This document shows positions 1 through 10,317 of a stretch of DNA of 64,000 bases, piece after piece (the stretch's first letter is position 1; each line of letters opens with the position of its first letter). The notes beneath the pieces are model-generated. The model did not search any database, was not told where the DNA came from, and saw only the letters and a list, made by a program, of their open reading frames with translations. The stretch covers positions 8,253-72,252 of the forward strand of contig CAWDPM010000015.1 of the NCBI GenBank assembly GCA_963804185.1. Reading direction: 5' to 3'. Made by a program: the position numbers and the translations under genes. This DNA comes from an uncultured Candidatus Rokubacteria bacterium (GTDB lineage: Bacteria; Methylomirabilota; Methylomirabilia; Rokubacteriales; DASRDR01).

Positions 1-268
1 GACGGAGACGGCATCCGTCCAGCCGTTCCATATACGGGACAGCAGGACCCACAACAGCCGGTCGGACGTCCGCAGGCGTGGGCGCGGCGCGGTGCGCTGG
101 AGAACGGCCAGTTGGTGCCGTAACGCGAGGTTCTCGAACACCAAGGAGCGCTGGGTCCTGACCCCGCGGAGGAGGCCGATGAGGATGAGGGTGATCATGT
201 CGGCCATCATCGATCAGGCCGGCCGACCGTTCAATCTTGACGAGGCAGACGGAATAAGTAGAAGGCAC
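1..268 (-). mobile_element. Right-hand (IRL) end of an rve-family IS copy. The transposase N-terminal region, reading leftward and continuing beyond the window start, translates ...LENLALRHQLAVLQRTAPRPRLRTSDRLLWVLLSRIWNGW...
   Basis: Minus-strand translation of 60-200 gives the conserved transposase N-terminal motif. The reverse complement of ~120-268 is ~90% identical to 17413-17560. The shared sequence starts TGTGCCTTCTACTTATTCCGTCTGCC, giving an outer boundary at 268. Confidence 0.6.
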
Positions 269-684
269 AGGTTCCCGTCGGGGGTTCCGGCCCCAACCTG
301 ACCGGGGAGGCGCTCCCAGTGGAACGAACCTCTGAATCGGTCCAACTTCAGGCTAACCCGTCCCGCGGCCCCGACCGCTCCACCACCGGGCAGGTGAGCA
401 TGAAGGGAAACGGTTCCGGCCCAAGACTGTGGAATTGTCTCCCGGATCGACATCCTGGAGACATGGAGACCTACGGCCGGCTGCTGACACGAAGATCCGG
501 ACCGTGGCATGATCAGATTGATAAATCCCCCACTTGCCACCGGATGGAGGTTTGGCGCACGACAGGGTGTTATGGGGATTCCGCCGATCGCCTCCACGAA
601 CTATGCTCGGGCGTACGGACGGCCGTGGCTGAGAACCACGCCAGAGGCACACGACCCGTCTGAGCTTCGGGTCCAGCACGAAAA

Positions 685-692
685 CCAAGGAG
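685..692 (+). promoter_or_regulatory. Shine-Dalgarno site (AAGGAGGG) 7 nt upstream of the SBP start codon
   Basis: aaggaggg then gcgcc then ATG at 699. Confidence 0.6.
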
Positions 693-698
693 GGCGCC

Positions 699-1763
699 AT
701 GAACGAGTTGACACGGCGAGATCTGCTGAAGGGGATCGCAACGGCGGCGGCCGCCGCGTCGACTCTCGGGCAACCGGCCGTCGAGGCGCAACGGCGCTTC
801 GACGGCGAGACGCTGCGCGTTCAGTTCTGGGCGGGAGGCGAAGGACAGACGATCCGATCCCACGTGGTTGAGCCCTTCATCCAGAAGACCGGGGCCAAGG
901 TCATCGTCACGGAAGGGTGGACTTCGGCCTCTATCGCCAAGATCCGGGCCGAGAAAGCCAATCCCAGCACGACGGTCTATATGATGGATGACATCGGGGT
1001 GGTGACGGCAAGTCGCGAGGGACTCCTAGAGCCGCTGGACCTTGCACGCTTGCCCAACGCCGTTGACATCGATCCCCGGTTCTTCGTCGAGGGGAAGGGG
1101 ATCGGCTTCTACGTCTACACGAGCGCGATCGCCTACAACACGAATCTCGTCAAAACCCCGCCCACATCTTGGCGCGTTCTGTGGGAGCCAGAGTACAAGG
1201 GGAAGGTGGCCATCCTACCGGTGGGCGGCGGCCCGGTCCTCCACTTGGCCATCATCGCCGCTATGCTGAACGGCGGGAGCCAGTACAACATGGAGCCGGC
1301 CTGGGACGCGCTGCGTGCCCTCAAACCCAACATCGCGGTCATGGAGCAGAACGCGGCCGTGGTGGCCGAGCTGATCCGGAACAACGAGATCACGCTCGTC
1401 ATGCGGACGCCTTACGTGCTGAAGCCGTACATCGAGAAGGGATACCCGATCGCGATCGCGCACAACTTGAAGGAGGGGATCTTCGCCACGCCGGGCTGCG
1501 CGGCCATTGCCAAGAATCACCCCGACAAGCGCGAGGTGGCGGAGGCCTTCATCAATGAAGCGCTCGGCGTCGACGCCCAGACGCGGATGGCCCAGGCCCA
1601 GTGGTTCGGGCCTACGAACCGCAAGGTGAAGCTGACGTCGGAGGTTTCGCGCAATCTCGTGAACACGCAGGCGCAATGGGACACGATCATCCCCGTGAAT
1701 CTGGATAATCTGGCCGCCCGCCGTGAGGAGTGGGTGCAGAAGATCACCCGGGCCCTGCTATAG
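699..1763 (+). CDS. ABC transporter periplasmic substrate-binding protein, PotD/PotF-like (extracellular solute-binding family 1), with a Tat-type signal peptide
   Basis: 354 aa. N-terminus MNELTRRDLLKGIATAAAAAS (twin-arginine motif). The overall pattern is typical of polyamine/opine-type SBPs. No permease or ATPase genes follow. Confidence 0.8.
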   Translation: MNELTRRDLLKGIATAAAAASTLGQPAVEAQRRFDGETLRVQFWAGGEGQTIRSHVVEPFIQKTGAKVIVTEGWTSASIAKIRAEKANPSTTVYMMDDIGVVTASREGLLEPLDLARLPNAVDIDPRFFVEGKGIGFYVYTSAIAYNTNLVKTPPTSWRVLWEPEYKGKVAILPVGGGPVLHLAIIAAMLNGGSQYNMEPAWDALRALKPNIAVMEQNAAVVAELIRNNEITLVMRTPYVLKPYIEKGYPIAIAHNLKEGIFATPGCAAIAKNHPDKREVAEAFINEALGVDAQTRMAQAQWFGPTNRKVKLTSEVSRNLVNTQAQWDTIIPVNLDNLAARREEWVQKITRALL

Positions 1764-2182
1764 GCGGGCGGCGACGGAATCGACGAGCAGGAGTGCTGGC
1801 AGGATGGGCGGACGGATGGCCCGAGCCGGTCCCCCGCGCTCGGGGGCAACCCGTACCTACGGGGCGGGTTCCCGCTCCGCGGTGTTGCACGCGCGCATCA
1901 CACTTCATGCCTGGAGGGAACACTCGCCTCTGTCTACACGCCGCCCCATCCGCCGTACTCCGGCCGGGGCCGCGGCTGCCGGATCGGGACGCCATCAAGG
2001 GGGGCGCGCACCTTTAGCGGCACGCCGAACATCGCAAAGTTCGAGAGCGCACTTCACGAAAGGTACGACTTCGTCGAGGTGAACCTCCTCCCGGATCCCC
2101 GTCGAGGTGGATGCGTTCCTCGAGAGCGTGGATGACACGCTGGCCGTGTTGAAGCCACCAGATCTCTGAGGGAGGGCCTGCG

Positions 2183-3337
2183 GTGCAGATCCAGAAGCGA
2201 CTCGCGTTTTCGGTGGCGGAGTACGAGGGACGGATGCAGCGGGCCCGGCAGGAGATGGCGCGGCGGGGTCTCGACGTCTTGCTCGTTCACACGCCGGAGA
2301 ACATCTGCTACCTGTCCGGCTACCAGACGCCCGGCTACTACATGTACCAGGTTCTCGTCCTGCCGCTGGTAAAGCCTCCGCTGCTGATCACCCGCCTGAT
2401 CGAGCAGACGAACGTCTTCGGCTTCTCTTGGTTCGAGAACAGCGTGGCCTACGTCGACGGGCAGGACCCCCTCGAGCTGACTGCCGAGTCGTTGCGCAAG
2501 GCGAGGCTCGACGCGCAGCGCATCGGTGTGGAGACGGGGTGCTGGTTCCTGACCGTGAACCAGGCCGAGAGACTGCGGACCCTGCTGCCACGGGCTACAT
2601 GGGTCGACGCCGCCGGCACCATCGAAGGCGCGCGGGCGGTGAAGTCGCCGGCCGAGATCGTGCACTTGCGCAAGGCCGCGAAGATCGCGAGCCTCGGCAT
2701 GCGGGCGGGAGTCGACCGTATCGAGGTCGGCGCGTCCGAGCGACGGGTGGCGGGCGCGATCCACGAGGCGGTGATCGGGGCTGGCGGCGAGCACATGGGA
2801 ATGCCACCCTTCGTCTCCGCAGGCAATCGGACGATGCTCGTCCACCACACGAGCTATTCGGCCGAGCCGTTCCGCCGAGGCGACGTGGTCTTCATCGAGC
2901 TGTCGGCTTGCGTGTGGCGGTACACTGCGGCGCTCCTCCGCTGCGCCTTCGTCGGCCCCGTGGATGCCGAGATCGAGCGGCGGGCCCACGTGAGTCTCGA
3001 CGCCCTTGACGCGGCGATAGAGACGGTCCGACCGGGTGCCACGTCTGGTGACGTCCACGACGCCTGGCACCGCGCGGTCGTGAAGGGCGGCTACCAGATC
3101 AACAAGCGCGCCGGATACTCGCTAGGACTCACGTTCGCGCCTGACTGGGGGGAGGGGTACGTGCTGGGCCTCACGGAGGGCGACCCGACCGTGCTCGTCC
3201 CCGGGATGGTCTTCCATATCCCCTCCTCGATACGCCTGCCAGGCCGACAGTCTGTCGGAGTGAGCGAGACGGTCCTGGTCACCGCAGGGGGGCGCGAGGT
3301 GCTGACGGACCTGGACCGACGGTTCTTCGCCCGTTAA
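2183..3337 (+). CDS. M24-family metallopeptidase (Xaa-Pro aminopeptidase/prolidase/creatinase-like; also the fold of ectoine hydrolase)
   Basis: 384 aa, GTG start preceded by GAGGGAGGG. Creatinase-type N-terminal domain (RLAFSVAEYEGRMQRAR...LLVHTPENICYLSGY) followed by a pita-bread C-terminal domain. Paralog of 4478-5635. Confidence 0.8.
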   Translation: MQIQKRLAFSVAEYEGRMQRARQEMARRGLDVLLVHTPENICYLSGYQTPGYYMYQVLVLPLVKPPLLITRLIEQTNVFGFSWFENSVAYVDGQDPLELTAESLRKARLDAQRIGVETGCWFLTVNQAERLRTLLPRATWVDAAGTIEGARAVKSPAEIVHLRKAAKIASLGMRAGVDRIEVGASERRVAGAIHEAVIGAGGEHMGMPPFVSAGNRTMLVHHTSYSAEPFRRGDVVFIELSACVWRYTAALLRCAFVGPVDAEIERRAHVSLDALDAAIETVRPGATSGDVHDAWHRAVVKGGYQINKRAGYSLGLTFAPDWGEGYVLGLTEGDPTVLVPGMVFHIPSSIRLPGRQSVGVSETVLVTAGGREVLTDLDRRFFAR

Positions 3338-3365
3338 CTCGCCGCGACGGGCCGGGATAACCCGC

Positions 3366-4421
3366 ATGAACGAGCGACCGACTAAGATCGTGCCGGTGGC
3401 GGTGCTGCGCGATCTCGTGCAGCGGCTGCTGGCCGCGGCCGGCTGCGGACCCGAGGCCGCGGCGATGGCGGCCGACGTCTTCGTGACGGCGGACCTGCGG
3501 GGAACCGGTGTCCAGGGCCTCGACCACCTGCCCAGCATGATCCGCGGCCTGCGCAACGGCAAGATCGATCCGCACGGGCGGCCACGGGTGGTGCGAGAGG
3601 CAGACGCCAGCGCGCTTGTGGATGGAGGCCGCGGTCCCGGGCAGGTGGCCGCCATCTTCGCGGTGGATCTTGCCGTGCGCAAGGCACGACGGGCCGGCTG
3701 CTGTGCGGTCGGCATCGTGAACAGCAGTGACATCTTCATGCTCGCGTACTACGCCGACCGCATCGCGCGGGCCGGGCTCGTCGGGATCGTGGTGACCAAT
3801 GCCCCGCCGCTGGTCCATCCCCATGGGGGCACTGAACGGATCCTCGGCACCAATCCGATTGCGATCTCGATCCCGACCGACGGCGAACACCCGCTGGTCG
3901 TCGACATGGCGACGAGCGCCCTGTCAGCCTCTCGCGTCCGCCAGGCCGCATACTTTGGCGAGTCGCTCCCGCCGGGCCTGGCCGTCGACCCGGAAGGGCA
4001 GCCGACCCGGGACGCCGCGCTCGCGGCGCAGGGGGCGATCGGCCCGTTGGGCGGGCACAAGGGATTCGGGCTCGGCCTCTGCGTGGGACTCCTTTCGGGC
4101 CCGCTGGTCGGGGCCGCGGTAGGGAAGGCGCTGAGCGGCTGGCTCGGTCACGAACCGGCCGGTGCGAAGGGGCATTTCCTCCTTGCCGTGGATCCCTCTT
4201 CGTTTGGTGATCCGGCCGTGTTCCGAGCGGCCGTCGGCGCCCACTTGCAGGAGGTCAAGGCGTCCCGGAAGGCGCCCCACACGCCGGAGATCCGGATTCC
4301 GGGTGAGCGCGGCGCCTTGGAGGCCGCGCGCCGTCGCCGCGACGGTGTGCCGATCTCCGAAGTGGTCTGGGCCCGGACCGCGACGCTGGCAGCGGAGCTC
4401 GGCGTGTCGATGCCGGCATAG
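3366..4421 (+). CDS. Ldh_2 family (malate/L-lactate dehydrogenase type 2) NAD(P)H-dependent oxidoreductase. This family includes Pyr2C/Pip2C reductase, ureidoglycolate dehydrogenase and sulfolactate dehydrogenase.
   Basis: 351 aa; motifs GIVNSSDIFMLAYYADRIARAG, GTNPIAISIP, GHKGFGLGL. Confidence 0.75.
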   Translation: MNERPTKIVPVAVLRDLVQRLLAAAGCGPEAAAMAADVFVTADLRGTGVQGLDHLPSMIRGLRNGKIDPHGRPRVVREADASALVDGGRGPGQVAAIFAVDLAVRKARRAGCCAVGIVNSSDIFMLAYYADRIARAGLVGIVVTNAPPLVHPHGGTERILGTNPIAISIPTDGEHPLVVDMATSALSASRVRQAAYFGESLPPGLAVDPEGQPTRDAALAAQGAIGPLGGHKGFGLGLCVGLLSGPLVGAAVGKALSGWLGHEPAGAKGHFLLAVDPSSFGDPAVFRAAVGAHLQEVKASRKAPHTPEIRIPGERGALEAARRRRDGVPISEVVWARTATLAAELGVSMPA

Positions 4422-4477
4422 CGACGGTGAGTGGGGAGGTGGCGATGACAGGTCCGGTGAGTCGGAGGGAAGCAGCG

Positions 4478-5635
4478 ATGGCGATTCGGAAGCGCCTGGC
4501 CTTTCCCATCGCCGAGTACCGCGAGCGGCTGCGACGGGTACGCGTGGCCATGGCCGAACAACGTTTAGACGGGCTGCTCGTCCACACGCCCGAGAACATC
4601 TGCTACCTGACTGGCTATCACACGACCGGCTACTACATGTTCCAGATGCTGATCGTGCCGCCGACGGGAGATCCGGTCCTCGTCACCCGGCTGATCGAGC
4701 GGACCAACGTGGACGGCTTCGCCTGGCTCGACGACGCGGTCGCCTACGCCGACACCGACGATCCGCTGGCCGTGACGGCTGGGACACTCGCCGACCTCGG
4801 GCTCGGCCGCGGCCGCGTGGGCGTTGAGCGGTCCGGCTGGTTCCTGTCGCTCGACCGCTATCGGCAGCTCGGCACCCTGCTCACCGGCGCCGAACTTGTA
4901 GACGGCTCGGGAGTCATCGAGCAGGAGCGGGCGGTGAAGTCGCCGGCCGAGGTGGCCCGCATCCGCGAGGCGGCGGCGATCGCGGACCAGGGGGTGAGCG
5001 CGGCAGTCGAGGCCAGCCGAGCGGGACGGACCGAGCAGGCGGTGGCGGCTCACGTTCACCGTGTGATGATTGAGCAGGGCGGCGAATACGCGGGCCTGCC
5101 GCTTTTCATCGCCTCGGGGCACCGCACGCTGCTGGTCCATGCCACGTGGACCGACAAGATCCTGGAGCCGGGTGACAACGTGCTCTTGGAGCTGGCGGGG
5201 ACCGTGGCCCGCTACGCGGCCCCGATCTTTCGCACACTCAGCATCGGGCGACCGTCGGAGCAGCTAGCGCAGTCCTCTGCAGTCGCCGTGGAGATGCTGG
5301 AAGCCGTGATCGATGCGATCCGTCCCGGCATTAGTGCGCACGACGTCGATGCCGCCGCCAAGCGGGCGGCGGCCCGCGTTGGAATGGATCGGGGGGTCAA
5401 GAAGCGTGCCGGGTACTCGGTCGGGCTGAACTTCCCACCCGACTGGGGCGAGGGCCACTTTCTGGAGCTGCGGGAAGGCACCCGGACGACGCTACGGCCG
5501 GGGATGGTATTCCACGTGCCGCAGACGTGTCGGGTGGACGGCTACCCACCGGCCGCCGTGAGCGAGACCGTTCTAGTGACCGAGACCGGCCACGACGTCC
5601 TGACGCGCTTCCGGCGCGAGCTCCTCGTGGTCTGA
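4478..5635 (+). CDS. M24-family metallopeptidase, second paralog
   Basis: ATG at 4478 preceded by GGAGGGA. An alternative GTG at 4427 would overlap the stop of the upstream gene. Same domain architecture as 2183-3337 (RLAFPIAEYRERLRRVR...LLVHTPENICYLTGY). Confidence 0.8.
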   Translation: MAIRKRLAFPIAEYRERLRRVRVAMAEQRLDGLLVHTPENICYLTGYHTTGYYMFQMLIVPPTGDPVLVTRLIERTNVDGFAWLDDAVAYADTDDPLAVTAGTLADLGLGRGRVGVERSGWFLSLDRYRQLGTLLTGAELVDGSGVIEQERAVKSPAEVARIREAAAIADQGVSAAVEASRAGRTEQAVAAHVHRVMIEQGGEYAGLPLFIASGHRTLLVHATWTDKILEPGDNVLLELAGTVARYAAPIFRTLSIGRPSEQLAQSSAVAVEMLEAVIDAIRPGISAHDVDAAAKRAAARVGMDRGVKKRAGYSVGLNFPPDWGEGHFLELREGTRTTLRPGMVFHVPQTCRVDGYPPAAVSETVLVTETGHDVLTRFRRELLVV

Positions 5636-5784
5636 ACGGGCGGAGCGGGATGGAGACCAGCTGGCCGGATGATCAAGGGCGCGGGCGTCGTGGCGCGCGC
5701 GAGCGGCGGCTGGGGCGACTTTGACGTGGTGTGCCCTCCGTTTAACCCATCGCGGCATTCGGAGGACCGGCAGCGGGTCGTTCG

Positions 5785-6205
5785 TCAAGATAGTTGGCCT
5801 TGGCTCCGAGGGACACCCACTGTGGAGCCATAGACGCAAGGCGGAGGAAGACCGAGGAACCGCGTGGACCGGCCGACCGGCGACTTTCGCGTGGCGGGAC
5901 ACCCGCAGGTCGGAAGGATCTTACGCCGCCTGGCGTGTGTACCGATGATGCAGGCCTCCGACCATGGGCATCTCGACGATTCCACCCTGGTCGGGGCGCT
6001 CCACCAGTCTCGGCTCCGGTGTGTCTTCTCCAAGGAAAGGTGAGTCCGGCAACGGTGGTAGTACGTGAGGTAGTCTCGCAGCAGGTGACGAGATGCGTTT
6101 CGTTCCAACGAGCGGCATCTGCAGCGCGTCCTGGACGAGTACGTCGCCTACTTCAATGCGTGGCGTCCCCATCGGGGGTTGCGCCCTACAGGGCAATCTA
6201 AGCAT
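5785..6205. mobile_element. Two head-to-head C-terminal remnants of rve-family transposases
   Basis: The minus-strand piece ends ...VGGLHHRYTRQAA* at 5921 and reads ...RHLLRDYLTYYHRCRTHLSLEK upstream. The plus-strand piece at 6101-6195 reads ERHLQRVLDEYVAYFNAWRPHRGL. The two abut near 6100. Confidence 0.5.
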
Positions 6206-6234
6206 GTTCTAACCTAGCATCAAAGGATTGATCC

Positions 6235-7167
6235 ATGGCACTCGCCCTCGTCAGCAAGTTTGAGAACCTGGATCTTTGGCGCCGTACGATGGCGGCGGAG
6301 ATTCCAGGCGTCGATTTTCGTGTCTGGCCGGATCTCGGCGACACGGCGCAGATCCGCATGGCCGCCTTTGAAAGTAATCTCGCTCCGCCCGGTATCTTCG
6401 CGACCATGCCGAACCTGGGCTGCATCGTCTTCCTCGGTCACGGCGCCAACGATTTCCTGCAGCGGCCCGATCTGCCGACAGGCGTGCCGGTGATGCGGCT
6501 GAAGGACCCGGGCATCATCAGTTTCATGACCGAATACGTCCTGCTCTATGTCCTGAGCCACCGTCTCTTCGAGGGGACGTATCGCCTGTATCAGGCCGAG
6601 CGACGCTGGCAGGAGCACATTCCGCCCTTTCCCGGTGACGTGCGGATCGCGGTTCTCGGCCTCGGCTCGATCGGACAGCGGTTCGCCGAGGTCTTTGTCA
6701 ATCTTGGTTACAAGGTCAATGGCTGGTCCCGCGGGCCGCATCCATTGCCTGGCGTTGCCTGTTATCACGGACCCGATCAGTTGACCGGCTGTCTGGCGCC
6801 TTGCGACTATGTCGTCTGCATTTTGCCCGAGACGACCGAGACGCGCGACATCATCGATGCCAAGACCTTGGCATCAATGAAGCGAGGCGCCTACTTCATC
6901 AACGTCGGCCGCGGCCGGTTGGTGGTCGAGGAGGACCTGCTGGCGGCGCTCGACTCCGGCCAGCTCTCAGGTGCCGCACTCGACGTCTTTCGCACGGAGC
7001 CGCTGCCGGCCGACAGCCGTCTGTGGACGCATCCGAGGGTCGTCGTGACACCGCATGCAGCGGGCGGCGTGCCGCAGGGCTCGCTCGCCCACATCGCCGA
7101 GAACTACCGGCGACTCCTTGCCGGCCGGCGGCTCATCAACATCGCTGATCCCGCGCGAGGATATTGA
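6235..7167 (+). CDS. D-isomer-specific 2-hydroxyacid dehydrogenase (glyoxylate/hydroxypyruvate reductase A-like)
   Basis: 310 aa; NAD-binding VLGLGSIGQRFA; catalytic-domain pattern ending ...TPHAAGG. Confidence 0.8.
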   Translation: MALALVSKFENLDLWRRTMAAEIPGVDFRVWPDLGDTAQIRMAAFESNLAPPGIFATMPNLGCIVFLGHGANDFLQRPDLPTGVPVMRLKDPGIISFMTEYVLLYVLSHRLFEGTYRLYQAERRWQEHIPPFPGDVRIAVLGLGSIGQRFAEVFVNLGYKVNGWSRGPHPLPGVACYHGPDQLTGCLAPCDYVVCILPETTETRDIIDAKTLASMKRGAYFINVGRGRLVVEEDLLAALDSGQLSGAALDVFRTEPLPADSRLWTHPRVVVTPHAAGGVPQGSLAHIAENYRRLLAGRRLINIADPARGY

Positions 7168-8345
7168 CACTTGCATGATCGCGTCCGGAGCCGCCGGAGG
7201 TCGCGTCCCGCCTCGGTGCTGGCGTGGGGCCCAATCATGGAGGACTGCGTTTCGGGCAACTCGTCCTAGAACTTACTGATCCAGCACCTCAGCCCGAACT
7301 AGGAGAGTGGAAAGTATTCTCAGATCAGGCGAGGACGTCGAGTCGTGTCAGGCTCGGTGCCGGCCGGGCAGAAGAGATCATTGACCATCGCACATCGCCG
7401 CCGCGCGCCTCGGATAAGTGGCGGCGGCCCTGGAGTAGCGTCTGACTCCCCCCGCTTATATGGGCATGGGCCAGCCACCCAGGCGCGATTCTGGCCGACG
7501 GAAGCGGCAGTTTGTCCCGGCCTGGGACCGGCGATGTCCGGGCGCGTGGCCTGTGGGGCGTGGAGCGGAAACCAGGGCAAGTCGAGTCACGGTAGGACCC
7601 GCGCAAACTCAGCGTCCAAAGGCGCTCTAATCCCGTTGAAACCGCCACCATATGGCCCGTCATCCCGGCGGCTCCGGGGACCTGCCCTCAAGCCACATCC
7701 GTCCCGCAAACCGATAGTTGCGCCGGCCGACCGGGCTCATCGCGATCTTGGCCTCGCCGGCCCTCGACTACCGGCGAAGGCTCCGGCGTCGAGGAAGGCG
7801 TAACAGGCGGGGGGTTACGCGACGCCGGCAATCGGAATCTCGACGAAACACGCGGGTGCGCGGTCCCTGTCGAGGACACCACCATCGTTGACAATCTGAC
7901 TGCCGAGCAGCCGCCAGTACGTCCCGGTGCCCGTCACGCGATAGCCTCGGCGCCCGCCCTCGTCCACGATCGGCTCGCAGAGCAGCCGGCCATCGATCTG
8001 CGCCCCGTTCCATGAGGCCACACGGGCTCCGCCAGACCGGCGAGCTCGGCGGCGAGCGCCTTTCGCCGCTTGTCCTCCGCGTCCAGTTCGACGAGGAGGG
8101 CCTCCGTACCGAGCCCGCGCTTGACCGTGTCCAGGAGATGCCGCACCCGCGTCTCGATCAGCGCCTGTCCTTCGCCAAAACTCATCTGTGCTCCCTACAA
8201 CGGCCGGCCGGCCAACTTGACAGACACTGCCCGCCGGTCTTGAATTCCTTGAAGGCGGCGCGGCCGGCTGCGGCCCTATGGGGGACTGATGCGGGAACGC
8301 CATGATGGAGCCGGCGTCGACGGAAGCATGGCACACGAGGAGGGA

Positions 8346-9131
8346 ATGGCGATGAGTGTCCGACCAAACGGGGCGCCTCGACCGAATTCCGGGGAGCGCT
8401 ACTCGCCGGCGGAGTGGGAGACTCGGGTCCAGCTCGCTGCCTTCTACCGGTTGCTCGCGCGATTCGGGATGACGGATCTCACAGCCACTCACGTCTCCGC
8501 GATGGTCCCGGGTGTCCGCAATGAGTTTCTGCTGAACCCATATGGCCTCCTGTTTCAGGAGGTGACTGCCTCGAACCTCGTGAAGTGCGACTTCGACGGC
8601 AAGATCCTGGACGACACACGCTACGGCCTGAACCCGGCGGGCTTTGCGATCCACGGGGCGATTCACCGCGCCCGAGCGGACGCGTCCTGCGTCGCGCACA
8701 CGCACACGGCCGCGGGCACCGTGTTCGCGGCGCTCAATTGCGATCTTCTGCCCGTCAACCAGATCAACCTCATCTTTTACGACCGGGTCGCATACAACGA
8801 CTACAGCTTCATCGAGCACATCGACGAGTGCGCAACCATGGTCGAGGATCTCGGGGACAAATGCGCGATGATCATGCGCAACCACGGACTGCTCACCGTC
8901 GGGCGTACCATCGCCGAGGCCTTTGTCCTGATTTACTACCTCGATAAGGCCTGCGAGATCCAGGCTCGGGCCCTCGCGGCCGGTCCGGACCTGCGGCTGC
9001 CACCGCGGCAGGTGTGCGAGGACGCGGCGCGAAGGCACTGGGCCGCATATAAGGATGAGCCCTTCGGTCAGCTCGACTGGGATGCGCTGGTCCGTCGGCT
9101 CGACGTCGACGACGCGTCGTACCGGACCTGA
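8346..9131 (+). CDS. Class II aldolase/adducin family protein (fuculose-phosphate-aldolase-like)
   Basis: ATG at 8346 preceded by GAGGAG. Typical class II aldolase pattern (HTHT...NHG). The long antisense ORF 7815-9038 on the other strand is a shadow of this gene. Confidence 0.75.
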   Translation: MAMSVRPNGAPRPNSGERYSPAEWETRVQLAAFYRLLARFGMTDLTATHVSAMVPGVRNEFLLNPYGLLFQEVTASNLVKCDFDGKILDDTRYGLNPAGFAIHGAIHRARADASCVAHTHTAAGTVFAALNCDLLPVNQINLIFYDRVAYNDYSFIEHIDECATMVEDLGDKCAMIMRNHGLLTVGRTIAEAFVLIYYLDKACEIQARALAAGPDLRLPPRQVCEDAARRHWAAYKDEPFGQLDWDALVRRLDVDDASYRT

Positions 9132-9139
9132 CGCCGTGG

Positions 9140-9300
9140 TCGCTGGGCGGTGAGCGCCAGGGGCCGGGTCACCGTTCGCTTGTACACGGCGAGCTGGTGA
9201 CGCAAGGCGAGGTTCTCGAGGCGAGCTGGTGGTGGCCGCCGCAAAGGAACGGGAGGAGTCGAAACAGGGGGAGCAGCGTGTTGATCATGGGACGGCAATG
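9140..9300 (-). pseudogene. N-terminal remnant (~45 codons) of an rve-family transposase
   Basis: Minus-strand translation ...LENLALRHQLAVYKRTVTRP. The terminal region is ~80% identical at nucleotide level to the right end of the complete IS at 32458-32534. Confidence 0.45.
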
Positions 9301-9492
9301 GTCTCCGGACTAGAGCCGAAGGATCAACTGCTTGTCCGCTGGACGGGGTTTTGGCGAAGGACAGGCTTACGGAACTGAGGATGGACACCCATCGGGTGCC
9401 ACCGGCCGAGTTAGATTGACTGCCAGCAGGGCCGCCGCGCACGCTACTGTGTGCCACCACTGATCAAAGAACCTTGCTAGAGAGGGCATTCG

Positions 9493-10317
9493 ATGAAAGC
9501 CGTGGACCGTGAGATGCTGGCCGGCAAAGTCGCCTGGGTTACCGGCTCGGCGCGAGGGTTGGGACGGGCAATCGCCGAGCGGCTGGCGCACTGTGGTGCG
9601 GCGGTGGCAGTACACAGCCGGTCCGATCGAACAGCGGCGGAGTTCGGCGAGGCACCCTCCACGTGTCATGTCGCCGAGGAGATTCGGCGGTTGGGTGTAC
9701 CCGTGACGACCGTCTTCGCCGATGTGGCGGACCCGGTTCGGGTGCGCGCGGCCGTCGAGCAGATCGAGGCGGAGCTTGGCCCGATCGATATCCTGATCAA
9801 CAACGCGGGCGGGGACATCGCGGCTGCGGGCGGAAGGCCGAAGAACAACGATGCAACTGGCATCGGGCTGGAAGACATCGAGGCTGTGATGGACCGCAAC
9901 CTGATGACGACGATCCTCTGCTGTCGGGAAGTCGTACCGAGCATGGTCTCCAGAGGAAGGGGACGAGTCGTCAATATCGGCTCGGTGGCTGGCTTCGACG
10001 GGTGCACGGATGGAGTGATCTACGCCATCGCCAAGGCGGGTCAGGCGCACTACACACGATGCCTAGCGAACCAACTGCGAGAACACGGGATCACGGTCAA
10101 CATGGTCGCTCCCGGCGGGTCACTGAGCGCGCGCTTCATCGCCACCGGTCAGGCCCGCCCGGAGTTCCTGGCCGCGATGGATACCGGCAGCCTGGTCCGC
10201 CATGCTCGCCCGGACGAGGTGGCGGCCGCGGTGCAGTTCTTCGTTTCGCCGCTCGCGGACTTTGTCAGCGGGCAGGTCCTGCGCGTCGACGGCGGAGCGC
10301 AGCTCACCCCGGCATAG
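9493..10317 (+). CDS. Short-chain dehydrogenase/reductase (SDR) family oxidoreductase
   Basis: 274 aa; N-terminal KVAWVTGSARGLGRAIAERLA Rossmann motif; YxxxK region present. Confidence 0.8.
   Translation: MKAVDREMLAGKVAWVTGSARGLGRAIAERLAHCGAAVAVHSRSDRTAAEFGEAPSTCHVAEEIRRLGVPVTTVFADVADPVRVRAAVEQIEAELGPIDILINNAGGDIAAAGGRPKNNDATGIGLEDIEAVMDRNLMTTILCCREVVPSMVSRGRGRVVNIGSVAGFDGCTDGVIYAIAKAGQAHYTRCLANQLREHGITVNMVAPGGSLSARFIATGQARPEFLAAMDTGSLVRHARPDEVAAAVQFFVSPLADFVSGQVLRVDGGAQLTPA

Noticed and set aside
1824-1848. GC-rich hairpin (CCCGAGC...GCTCGGG) after the SBP gene as a rho-independent terminator
   Set aside because: It is not followed by a T-rich tract. In ~70% GC DNA such stems are common by chance.
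7815-9038. 407-aa ORF on the minus strand
   Set aside because: It lies entirely antisense to the class II aldolase gene (8346-9131). It has Arg/Gly/Pro-rich low-complexity composition typical of shadow ORFs in high-GC DNA. Only its last ~60 codons (7815-8010) look protein-like; these are treated separately.
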